This document shows positions 9,564 through 17,724 of a stretch of DNA of 25,547 bases, in pieces. The stretch comes from an uncultured Oligoflexus sp. GTDB lineage: Bacteria; Bdellovibrionota_B; Oligoflexia; Oligoflexales; Oligoflexaceae. The stretch is from the NCBI GenBank assembly GCA_964236955.1, contig CAXSGP010000065.1, positions 1 to 25,547 of the forward strand. Direction: 5' to 3'. The position numbers and the translations under genes were made by a program. How positions within the stretch are numbered: the first letter of the stretch is position 1; every line of letters starts with the position of its first letter. The notes under the pieces were generated by a model. The model saw only the letters and a program-made list of their open reading frames with translations. It had not been told where the DNA came from and did no database searches.

Positions 9564-10817
9564 TCAAACTTTAGGAAGGTCTTTGAGCTTTTTACGAATA
9601 AGGCGCGTGACATCATCGAGACTATCCGACTCACGGGGTGAGCCCTTGAAGTTTTTAATGCCTTCATCACCCACTCCATACCGAATTGAGGATCCCGGTT
9701 CGGCACGATCCGAACGAGGCTCAGCTCGGGAATCGGAGCGCGGCTCGGGGGAGCGGCTTTTTTGCAAAGGTTCGACACTCTGATTTTCGCGAAGGGGACG
9801 TTTGGGGCTTGGCGCCAAAGTCTTTTGATACATCGAAGGATCAAGATGCAGCCGGGGTTGATCGCTGCTCGATTTTAGGGTCGTTAAAAAATTAATGCCG
9901 TCGGGAGAGATTCCAAGCAAGATCTGTTCCTGACCGACTTGAATCACGCTGATTCTTTGCTTGGGCCCTAGGGCATGCGTGGCCAGAGTCTTTAGACTAA
10001 AGTCCGCGCCCGGAGGCAGGACCTTGGTGGCGACGCGACGCCACGATTTCAGAGCGATGAGCAGGGCGAGCATCAAGGCGACGAAGACAGTAACCGCGAC
10101 AAGCTTTGATTCCAAGCCATCGGCCCAGCGGGGTTTCTCTTCTTCAGTCGTTCCGGCCACCGCCGCAGCCTTTGCCTTGACCTTAGCCTTATCCTTGATG
10201 ACTTCGATGTCTTTCGTTTCCACCTGCGCCGCGGCAAGTTCCGCGCTGGCAACAGGAGCGATTTTGTCCATGGCCACCTCAGCCTTGGCCGCACTCATGA
10301 TCGCGATGGGATCAGGGATGTCCTTTCTCACTTCTGTTGATTTGAGAACCTGCTCAGGACTGCCTTTTACCGGCACGCCGCTAAAGTTAGCCAAAAGCTC
10401 TTTTTCCGCCTTCTCATGATCGATGATCACGAGGACACGGTTTTCAAGGATGTCGACCGACACGGCGTTGACGAACTGCTCGGCTTCTTTGGTAACGAAC
10501 AGGCGAAGGGCCGCTGTGTCTTCGTCAAGTTGAAAAGCCGCAAACTTTCGAATGAAAGGGCTATTGGCCTCGACAAAGACACCGGGCTTAAGAACCATGG
10601 TGTGAGGCAATACCACCTGCAGAAAGCTGCCATGTGCTTCGACCACGGGCTTGGCAAAGGTAGGCTTGGTGTCATAGCGCATGGTGATGACCGATGATTT
10701 CTGATCCGATTCCGCATCGATAGGGCCGAGGGTCAGCAGCACCGGACTAGCTGGACGATCTTGGGCACGGATAAAGGGGGCAGCAAGAAGGACCAGCAAA
10801 AGCAGAGCAAGACGCAT
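9564..10817 (-). CDS. fliO: Extended FliO/FliZ-type flagellar protein with large N-terminal periplasmic domain
   Basis: Lies between fliN and fliP; signal peptide MRLALLLLVLLAAPFIRA, internal TM (LVAVTVFVALMLALLIAL) and FliO core LKTLATHALGPKQRISVIQVGQEQILLGISPDGINFL. Confidence 0.82.
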   Translation of the reverse strand: MRLALLLLVLLAAPFIRAQDRPASPVLLTLGPIDAESDQKSSVITMRYDTKPTFAKPVVEAHGSFLQVVLPHTMVLKPGVFVEANSPFIRKFAAFQLDEDTAALRLFVTKEAEQFVNAVSVDILENRVLVIIDHEKAEKELLANFSGVPVKGSPEQVLKSTEVRKDIPDPIAIMSAAKAEVAMDKIAPVASAELAAAQVETKDIEVIKDKAKVKAKAAAVAGTTEEEKPRWADGLESKLVAVTVFVALMLALLIALKSWRRVATKVLPPGADFSLKTLATHALGPKQRISVIQVGQEQILLGISPDGINFLTTLKSSSDQPRLHLDPSMYQKTLAPSPKRPLRENQSVEPLQKSRSPEPRSDSRAEPRSDRAEPGSSIRYGVGDEGIKNFKGSPRESDSLDDVTRLIRKKLKDLPKV

Positions 10818-10845
10818 GCGAAAACCTCATGAAAGTGCAAGCAGA

Positions 10846-11250
10846 TTACGGACCTTGAGTGATATCGCCGAGACCAAACTGCGACACGACATCGGTAAGC
10901 CGGACCCCAAATTTTTCGTTGACGACCACCACTTCGCCCATTGCAACGAGTTTGTCGTTAATAAGAATTTCCATCGGCTCCCCGGCAATCTTATCGAGTT
11001 CGATCACCGAACCCTGACCGAGCTGAAGGAGGTCGTTAACGAGCATCTTCGTTCGGCCAAGCTCGACGGAAACCTTAAGCGGCACGTCGAGTATCATTTT
11101 CAATTTCGAAAAATCAGTCCGGGCCAGACGGGAGTCTTCCGGGGTCATGACTACGGGTTCGTCTTTATTCTTGTCGTTTCCGGCCTGGGCCAGAGCCTCA
11201 TCAAATTCGCCGCCAAGCCCGAAATCTTCTGGATTAAAATCTTCTGCCAT
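10846..11250 (-). CDS. fliN: Flagellar motor switch protein FliN
   Basis: SpoA domain [15 protein letters not shown]...[16 protein letters not shown]...[22 protein letters not shown]. Confidence 0.96.
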   Translation of the reverse strand: MAEDFNPEDFGLGGEFDEALAQAGNDKNKDEPVVMTPEDSRLARTDFSKLKMILDVPLKVSVELGRTKMLVNDLLQLGQGSVIELDKIAGEPMEILINDKLVAMGEVVVVNEKFGVRLTDVVSQFGLGDITQGP

Positions 11251-11268
11251 CGATGCATCCTCCTAAGG

Positions 11269-12252
11269 TTATGTATCAAACATGGATTCCGTCACGCGTA
11301 TGGCGCGATTTCCGCGAAGCAGACCGGGAATTCCTTTGAACTTCGGAACCCCTTCAACCATCACACTGAGTGGCATCGTTGCATCGGTGTTGAGCTGTAT
11401 GATGTCCCCAACTTCCAGGTTCATCAGGTCGCGCACTTGGATATTGGCTTCGCCGAGTTTGACAACGAGATTGGCAGTGGTCTGCATAATCTGTTCTTTA
11501 ACGCGGTTGATCCAGATAAAGTCGACCTCAAGCTGTTCGCTTTGAAAACCGACCGAAAGTTTCGATTTAATAGGTTCGAGAGTGGAGTAGGGAATTACTA
11601 TTTTAATCGTTCCGGAGACTTTTTCCAATTCCACATCGAAAGTAGTGGCGATGACAACGTCTGAAGGAGGCACGACAGCGACGAATTGCGGGTTGATCTC
11701 GGTCCGGCTGTAGCCGATCTTGAGGGGATAGACGGGTTCCCAGGCCTTTTCCAGGTCGTCGATGGCCGATAGCACCACACGCCGGGCGATTTTGATTTCG
11801 ATCTGGGTAAAATCCTTGCCCTCGATCTTGGTGTAGGGAACATCATTGCCACCAAAAAAACTATCAACCAGAGCATAAAGGAGTTTTGATTCGATCACCA
11901 TGACAGCGGCGCCCCGCAGCGGGTCGAGGCGAAGGATATTCAAGCAGGACGGCAGCGGCAACGAGTTCATGAATTCCGAGAACTTCAGGGGTCCGGTCGA
12001 ATTTACACTCAGGTTGGCCATCTTGCGCAGGGAGTTGGATAGGGTTACCCGAAACAGGCGGATGAAACGATCGTGAATAATATCAAGGGTCGGCATTCGA
12101 CCGCGGATGATTCGGTCCTGGTTGGCAAGATCGTATTGGACGACCCCGTTTTGGGCCGTGTCGCCACCACCGCTCTCATCACTATCGACTCGATTGTCGG
12201 AGACGGCGGACAACAGGGCATCGACTTCGCTTTGCGATAAAACCTGACTCAT
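11269..12252 (-). CDS. fliM: Flagellar motor switch protein FliM
   Basis: CheY-binding N-terminus LSQSEVDALL, RIIRGRMPTLDIIHDRF, FFGG motif, EINPQF and a C-terminal SpoA domain. Confidence 0.96.
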   Translation of the reverse strand: MSQVLSQSEVDALLSAVSDNRVDSDESGGGDTAQNGVVQYDLANQDRIIRGRMPTLDIIHDRFIRLFRVTLSNSLRKMANLSVNSTGPLKFSEFMNSLPLPSCLNILRLDPLRGAAVMVIESKLLYALVDSFFGGNDVPYTKIEGKDFTQIEIKIARRVVLSAIDDLEKAWEPVYPLKIGYSRTEINPQFVAVVPPSDVVIATTFDVELEKVSGTIKIVIPYSTLEPIKSKLSVGFQSEQLEVDFIWINRVKEQIMQTTANLVVKLGEANIQVRDLMNLEVGDIIQLNTDATMPLSVMVEGVPKFKGIPGLLRGNRAIRVTESMFDT

Positions 12253-12264
12253 CGATGGCCCCCG

Positions 12265-13086
12265 TTATTCAATTAAAAGATCAGTGATGTAGACCGATTC
12301 TATCTTTTTGGTCATGTAGCGATTGATGCGGATCAAAAGTTCTTTGCGTAGCGATTCCTTGCCATCGGGCGAGAGGAGAAATTCACGCGTCTTGCGCTGC
12401 ATTATGCCGATGATGGCGTCGCGCAGCTGGGGCAGGCGCTTTTCAATTTCCTTCTTCTGGTCGCCGCCGCCACGATACTCGAGCGAGATTTCAATGCGGA
12501 GGTAGCGATTTTCCAGAGCATTGCCAAGGTTTAAGTTAAAGGTCTGCATCTTATAGGTTTCGCCGAAGTCGATATTCGATTCGGATTTCTTATCGTCGCT
12601 CTTATCGCCCTTTGGCTTGTCGTCACTTTTGATTTCATTGCCATGCTCGTCTCTTTTCACTTCACCGTGCGTGGCGGCACCATGCTCGTCTTTTTTCGCG
12701 TCGCCATGCTCATCTTTCTTGCCATCACCATGCTCGTCACCATGCTCGTCTTTTTTTACTTCGCCATGCTCGTCTTTTTTAGCATCGCCGTGTTCGTCTT
12801 TTTTCGTATCGCCATGCTCGTCTTTTTTCGCATCGCCGTGAGCGTCGGCCCCGTGCTCCGTGCTTTCTTTGGATATCTCTTCTTCTTTGTGGTCTTTTTT
12901 ACCTTTCGACAGGACGACGAAGGCACCGGCACCACCGCCGAGTATCAGGAGCGCTCCCAGGACTGCAAATATGAGGAGCTTTTTTTTCTTCTTCTTTGCG
13001 GCAAGTTCTGGGTTTTCTTCGGCGACAGGCGCGTCGGCTCCCTCTTTTTCCTTATCTTTAGCCTTTTTTTTCGGATCGTCTGCCAT
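12265..13086 (-). CDS. fliL: Flagellar basal body protein FliL with His-rich repeat insertion
   Basis: Poly-Lys followed by a TM segment (LLIFAVLGALLILGGGAGAFVVL); C-terminal FliL domain FNLNL...RYLRI...PQLRDAII...GKESLRKEL...VYITDLLIE; first gene before fliM; AGGAG SD. Confidence 0.92.
   Translation of the reverse strand: MADDPKKKAKDKEKEGADAPVAEENPELAAKKKKKKLLIFAVLGALLILGGGAGAFVVLSKGKKDHKEEEISKESTEHGADAHGDAKKDEHGDTKKDEHGDAKKDEHGEVKKDEHGDEHGDGKKDEHGDAKKDEHGAATHGEVKRDEHGNEIKSDDKPKGDKSDDKKSESNIDFGETYKMQTFNLNLGNALENRYLRIEISLEYRGGGDQKKEIEKRLPQLRDAIIGIMQRKTREFLLSPDGKESLRKELLIRINRYMTKKIESVYITDLLIE
12641..12859 (-). repeat. Imperfect 24-bp coding tandem repeat (HGDAKKDE)n in fliL
   Basis: Plus strand shows recurring CCATGCTCGTCTTTTTT-like units; the translation contains 11 HG dipeptides, mostly spaced 8 aa apart. 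Confidence 0.9.
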
Positions 13087-13116
13087 TCAATACTCCTGAT
13101 AAGCCAGGGTTCTATG

Positions 13117-13132
13117 TTCAAAAGATGTGCCA
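13117..13132 (-). promoter_or_regulatory. Candidate sigma54 (-24/-12) promoter of the fliL operon
   Basis: Minus strand TGGCAC-ATCTT-TTGAA: canonical -24 box with exact GG-N10 spacing, but GA instead of GC at -12; 30 nt upstream of the fliL ATG. Confidence 0.55.
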
Positions 13133-13346
13133 GATTTGTGACCTAGGCTGATAATAAGTGAAAAGTGGGTAGGGAGGGACGTGGAGATGGAAAGCATCAA
13201 AGTCTTTCTCTGGGCTCTTTGTTAAAATGCCAAGCTGTGTTCCGGGACGGATCGTGACAAAATCATAGCGCGACCGTCAGAGTCCTGACGACAGGAGTCA
13301 ATTGCATGACGGTCTGTCAGGTTTATTGCAAGAGAGGCCCAAATTC

Positions 13347-14537
13347 ATGACGCTCTTGAAAGCAAGCCATATTTCCTTAACCTTCCTTTGTCTGCTGGGC
13401 TGCGTCGGGAGTCAGGTCGATCTTGCGGGAGAAATCATCTGCCGCGCGGCCGATGGCAGTCTTTGTCCAAAACTTTCTCACTTTAAAAGTCAACTTAGCC
13501 TTAACCCCTTGGAAAGGATCAAACTTTGGCTTGCCTACGATCCCAATCAAAGCCGTAAGGCCAGTTGGTTTGATCGTCTTGATCCGCAGCAGCAGACGCT
13601 GGCGCCCGCAAGGAGCTGGCTGGCTGACTATGGGGCAAAGTTTGAGCTTTCCCCGCGCTGGTCGCTCCACATCGAAGACAGCAGCGGCACGACCCTGCTG
13701 CCGAACGCAAGCTATCTGGCCTTTGCGCAGAAGCTTCAGGACGTCGGCTGGCAACAGACAGTAGGTCGTTTGACCTTTGAAAATCCGGATATTTTTGTCG
13801 GCACTATGGTAGTCGGTCTGGGTGAAGGCGAACGCCTGGCCCAAGACGATGGCGATCTTTTTTATGGAGCCTGCTTCAAATGGTATTGGCAAAAGGCCCT
13901 GGCTTTGCAGCTGGGCTATTCTCAAGACCCCAACAGTCTGCCTGAAGATGCGGTCTGGTGGCTGGCCGATCGCAGCGATAGGCATAAGGGATTTCACAGC
14001 CAACGTCTGGCGTTGAGCCTTAGCCTTAATGGCAAGTATCCGTCACTTCGTGGTCTCGAGGCAAGTGTCGGCTGGCAGCGCAACCTGATAACCAATGCGC
14101 GCCGCCAGGCCTTTGCCCAGACACCTTTATGGTTTGCCTTTGATCCAACTGAAATGCTTTCTCAAAATCTGGGCGGAAGCGGCGCAACCAAGCGCGAGGC
14201 GTGGCTGATGAGCGGCTCCTATCGCATCCTTTCGGAATATCTTCTGGCCTTTCACACAGGTCTCTTTCGAGGGGCCATCGCCGATGGCAGCCTAAGCTCC
14301 TGTGGGCTCAGTGCTGCAGGCGACTGCGTTGACGAGGCCGAGACAAGCCAGGCGTTGAGTCTTAGGGAATGGAGCTATGGCCTTGGAAAGATTGATAATG
14401 ATGGCTGGAGTGTCTTACTTGAATCACACGAGGAACGCTATGATCGTCTGTATCAAAATTATCATTTCATAAAAAACCGAGGGGCTCGTCAAAAAAGCAT
14501 GCAAGGGGTGCAGGCCCGAATCAACTGGAATTGGTAG
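13347..14537 (+). CDS. Hypothetical exported protein, probable outer-membrane beta-barrel
   Basis: N-terminal hydrophobic signal-like stretch (ISLTFLCLLGCV), many alternating amphipathic strands (LALQLGYS, LEASVGWQ, WLMSGSYR) and C-terminal VQARINWNW beta-signal-like end. ATG 13347 follows AGAGAGG; TTG 13302 is an alternative start. Confidence 0.55.
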   Translation: MTLLKASHISLTFLCLLGCVGSQVDLAGEIICRAADGSLCPKLSHFKSQLSLNPLERIKLWLAYDPNQSRKASWFDRLDPQQQTLAPARSWLADYGAKFELSPRWSLHIEDSSGTTLLPNASYLAFAQKLQDVGWQQTVGRLTFENPDIFVGTMVVGLGEGERLAQDDGDLFYGACFKWYWQKALALQLGYSQDPNSLPEDAVWWLADRSDRHKGFHSQRLALSLSLNGKYPSLRGLEASVGWQRNLITNARRQAFAQTPLWFAFDPTEMLSQNLGGSGATKREAWLMSGSYRILSEYLLAFHTGLFRGAIADGSLSSCGLSAAGDCVDEAETSQALSLREWSYGLGKIDNDGWSVLLESHEERYDRLYQNYHFIKNRGARQKSMQGVQARINWNW

Positions 14538-14686
14538 GTCACTTGGGTTAGATTGAGTCTCTTTTGCAGCATTTTTACGCCATTTTCTGCCTATGAAATC
14601 CCTCAGTCGATTGAAGTTTTTATTTGGAGCTGACTTCCCTGGTTGTGTTATAAGTGGCTCCCTGGATAGTTTATTATGGAGACAAC

Positions 14687-15175
14687 ATGAAGATGAGACG
14701 TGCCCTCTTGGTTCTTTCCTCCCTAACCATTGGGATGGTCTTGACCGCTTGTAAATCATGTGTGGATCAGCACAATCCGAGAGTGGACCAGGCGAAATTC
14801 AAACAAGAGGAAACCTTTGCCAAGGCAGAGCAAACGCTCAATCCTGATGGAACGATCCCGGTTCCGGCCCCAGTCGCTAGCGGTGGAACACCGCAAAGCG
14901 TTGGCCAGCAAAAATTCGAACAGTTCTGCTCGCCCTGTCACGGCATCAACGGCAAGGCCGATGGTCCTGGTGCCCTGGCTCTCAACCCCCGGCCTCGAAA
15001 CTTCACCGACGCCACCTGGCAAGGCAAGGTGGATGACCCCCATATTCATAAGGTCATTAAAGAAGGCGGGGCCTCCGTTGGCCTGAGTGCGACCATGGCT
15101 CCATGGGGCGGTGCTTTAAGTGATCCTGAGATCGATGAAGTCATCAAATGGGTTCGACATTTCAAGGGCAAATAA
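14687..15175 (+). CDS. Lipoprotein monoheme class I cytochrome c
   Basis: Lipobox LTAC, single heme motif CSPCH, PRPRNFT and a likely axial Met in ATMAPW; ATG 14687 follows GGAG. Confidence 0.88.
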   Translation: MKMRRALLVLSSLTIGMVLTACKSCVDQHNPRVDQAKFKQEETFAKAEQTLNPDGTIPVPAPVASGGTPQSVGQQKFEQFCSPCHGINGKADGPGALALNPRPRNFTDATWQGKVDDPHIHKVIKEGGASVGLSATMAPWGGALSDPEIDEVIKWVRHFKGK

Positions 15176-15202
15176 TCGACTGGGGCAACCCTTTAAAAAG
15201 CC

Positions 15203-15234
15203 AAAGAGCCCGATCGATTCGGGCTCTTTTTTTT
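15203..15234 (+). terminator. Intrinsic terminator between convergent cytochrome c and lysC
   Basis: AAAGAGCCCGA-TCGAT-TCGGGCTCTTT stem-loop ending in an 8-T run; the A-rich 5' side suggests some bidirectional function. Confidence 0.85.
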
Positions 15235-15262
15235 GTAAAATCTTTAACTCGCCAGGAAAGGA

Positions 15263-16519
15263 TCAGGCCTCGGGCAGCACAAATTCTTTGTGCAAAACCC
15301 GCGCCGCGACTTCGCCTCCACTCTCACTGATCACACAGGAGATCTTGATTTCCGAGGTCGAGATCATATGCAGAGCGATGCCCGCATCTTCGAGAGCACT
15401 GAACACCCGACTGGCGACACCGGGATGGCTTTGCATGCCAAGGCCGACGACCGAGACCTTGGATAGGCCTTCTTCCACTTCAATGTACGCACCAATTTTA
15501 TTTTCCAGGGTCCATCGTTCCAATAAGTCTTTGGTACGCAAAAGATCGACCGCACCAATCGTAAAGCCTACGCGCATGCGATCGCTGTCGTTGCTGCGAT
15601 TGTGGACGATGATGTCGACGTTCACGCCATTGGCAGCAATAACCTGAAACGCCGACCCGATGATGCCGCCTCGGGCTGGAAGATTATGCAGCGAAATCCG
15701 AACAACATTCCTATCGAGAGTGACTCCAGAGACGATAGGCGCTTCGAGTTTTCTGTCCGTGCTGAAATTCATGATAAAGGTCCTTGGTTGATCGTTGGGC
15801 TGGAAGGTATTGCGAACCACGATGGGCATATGATATTTGGCGCCGAGCTCCACACAGCGACTGTGCAGCACTTTGCTGCCGAGCGAAGCCATTTCCAGGG
15901 CGACTTCAAAATCCATCTCCTTGACGAGCCTCGCGTCGGAGACGATACGAGGATCGGCCGTGTACACGCCGTCGACGTCGGTATTGATTTCACAGAAGGC
16001 GGCCTCCAGCGCCACGGCCAGAGCCACGGCGCTGGTATCGGAGCCCCCACGGCCCAAGGTTGTAATCTCAAGGTCCCTGGTGACTCCCTGAAATCCGGCT
16101 ACGACTGGAATTACATTCTCGTCCCAACACTGAAAGAGCTTGGCACATTCTATTTTTTCAATTCGGGCCTTGGAATGAAAGTTATCGGTAACGATGCCGA
16201 GCTGGTAGCCTAAAAATGCGCGTGATGGAATGCCATGCTTTTCTAGAGCTGCCGCCAGCAAGGCCACTGAGACCTGCTCTCCGGCCGCTACGACCATGTC
16301 ATAGTTTCTAAGCGAGGCGCGGGGGTTGATACCCCTGACTAATTCGACCAGTCTATTTGTCTCGCCCGACATCGCCGAGACCACGATAGCCATCCTGCGA
16401 AAGCCTGCCTGGTATTGGTCAGCAATTCTCTTCGCCACCGCATCAATTCGATCCAAGCTGCCGACCGAGGTGCCTCCATATTTTTGGACAATTGGTTGGT
16501 TATGCTCAAGATGATACAT
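15263..16519 (-). CDS. lysC: Aspartate kinase
   Basis: QKYGGTSV, VVSAM, TTLGRGGSDTSA, TDVDGVYTADPR and two C-terminal ACT domains (GVNVDII; KVSVVGLGMQSHPGVA...STSEIKIS); GAAGGAG SD. Confidence 0.95.
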   Translation of the reverse strand: MYHLEHNQPIVQKYGGTSVGSLDRIDAVAKRIADQYQAGFRRMAIVVSAMSGETNRLVELVRGINPRASLRNYDMVVAAGEQVSVALLAAALEKHGIPSRAFLGYQLGIVTDNFHSKARIEKIECAKLFQCWDENVIPVVAGFQGVTRDLEITTLGRGGSDTSAVALAVALEAAFCEINTDVDGVYTADPRIVSDARLVKEMDFEVALEMASLGSKVLHSRCVELGAKYHMPIVVRNTFQPNDQPRTFIMNFSTDRKLEAPIVSGVTLDRNVVRISLHNLPARGGIIGSAFQVIAANGVNVDIIVHNRSNDSDRMRVGFTIGAVDLLRTKDLLERWTLENKIGAYIEVEEGLSKVSVVGLGMQSHPGVASRVFSALEDAGIALHMISTSEIKISCVISESGGEVAARVLHKEFVLPEA

Positions 16520-16743
16520 GGAAAAGCTAGCTCCTTCGCGTATGATAGCTCATGTTTTGATGATGTCTTAGGCAGATATATCCTAGATTATTAACTGTTG
16601 CATTGCCAATTTACTCAGTCTGCACGGGGCCTGGGAACGTTGAGGAAGCAGCTCTGGGCCCGGACCGCCCCTTCACAGGATTTGTGGCTGCCGCGCGTCT
16701 GCCCTGGCTGAGCAACTGTCAAAAATAGGCAGAAAGGAACGCA

Positions 16744-17724
16744 ATGATACTGGTAACCGGGGGTGCCGGCTTTATTGGAAGCGCCATAGTCTGGGGCCTT
16801 AATCAAATGGGACGCGACGATATCGTCATCGTCGATCATTTAGGCCATGGTGAAAAATGGAGAAATCTGTCGCGCCAGCATATTGACTATGTCGTGCCGA
16901 AAGAGAGTTTTTCCCAGTGGCTGAAGGACAATTCCAAAAGTATCGAAACTGTCTTTCATCTTGGAGCCTGCTCGGCCACAACTGAACGCAACGCAGACTA
17001 TCTGATGGACAACAATGTCCTCTTCACTAAGAATCTTTGGGACTACTGCAGCCAGCATTCTATCCCCTTTCTCTATGCCTCGTCCGCGGCCACCTACGGT
17101 GGCGAGGAAGAAAATTTTAGCGATGAGCATAAAAATATAGCCCAGCTGATTCCTATTAATAAATACGGCTGGAGTAAACAGCTCTTTGACTGCTGGGCCA
17201 TCAAGCAGCAAAAAGCACCTCCAGCCTGGTTTGGCTTTAAATTCTTCAACGTCTATGGCCCCCAGGAATACCACAAAGGTGCGCAAGCAAGTGTCATCTA
17301 CCATGCCTTTCCCCAGGTGCAGGATAAAGGGCAGCTGAAGCTCTTTAGATCCTATCGTAACGGCGTGGGCCATGGGGAGCAGCAACGGGATTTTGTTTAT
17401 GTCAAAGACATCGTTCGTATCCTCCTCCATTTCTGGACGGGCGCCCGCACTATCCCCTCGGGCATCTACAATCTAGGCAGCGGCCAGGCGCGCAGCTTTA
17501 AGGATCTCGGCAGAGCGGTGTTTGCAGCCATGGATAAAGCTCCCCAATTCGAATGGATAGACATGCCGGACAGCCTTAAGAATCAGTACCAGTATTTTAC
17601 CGAAGCTGAGCTGGATAAACTGCGAAATATCGGGGGCTATACGGCCGACTTTCATAGCCTTGAGGATGGGGTTGCCGATTATGTGCGCAATTATCTCTTA
17701 CAAAAAAACCCTTTCCTTGCCTAG
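16744..17724 (+). CDS. rfaD: ADP-L-glycero-D-manno-heptose 6-epimerase (HldD/RfaD)
   Basis: MILVTGGAGFIGS, HLGACSATTE, YASSAATYG, catalytic YGWSK, FFNVYGPQEYHKG, RDFVYVKD and YQYFTEA; AAAGGA SD. Confidence 0.95.
   Translation: MILVTGGAGFIGSAIVWGLNQMGRDDIVIVDHLGHGEKWRNLSRQHIDYVVPKESFSQWLKDNSKSIETVFHLGACSATTERNADYLMDNNVLFTKNLWDYCSQHSIPFLYASSAATYGGEEENFSDEHKNIAQLIPINKYGWSKQLFDCWAIKQQKAPPAWFGFKFFNVYGPQEYHKGAQASVIYHAFPQVQDKGQLKLFRSYRNGVGHGEQQRDFVYVKDIVRILLHFWTGARTIPSGIYNLGSGQARSFKDLGRAVFAAMDKAPQFEWIDMPDSLKNQYQYFTEAELDKLRNIGGYTADFHSLEDGVADYVRNYLLQKNPFLA

Noticed and set aside
9542..9844. 101-aa N-terminal extension of FliP in the ORF track
   Set aside because: Overlaps the fliO 3' end in another frame; a strong SD precedes ATG 9541.
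10816..11664. 282-aa plus-strand ORF
   Set aside because: Antisense shadow of fliN/fliM with no recognisable motifs.
12641..12859. Possible CRISPR array
   Set aside because: Units are contiguous, in frame and coding, with no unique spacers and no cas genes.
12617..13146. Repetitive plus-strand ORFs (SPCSSFF and MLVFF repeats)
   Set aside because: Reverse-frame readings of the fliL repeat.
16636..16660. AGGAAGCAGC resembling SRP RNA (ffs) domain IV
   Set aside because: The partner TCAGG strand and GNRA tetraloop are missing.
16520..16743. Lysine riboswitch upstream of lysC
   Set aside because: No L-box consensus elements recognised on the minus strand.
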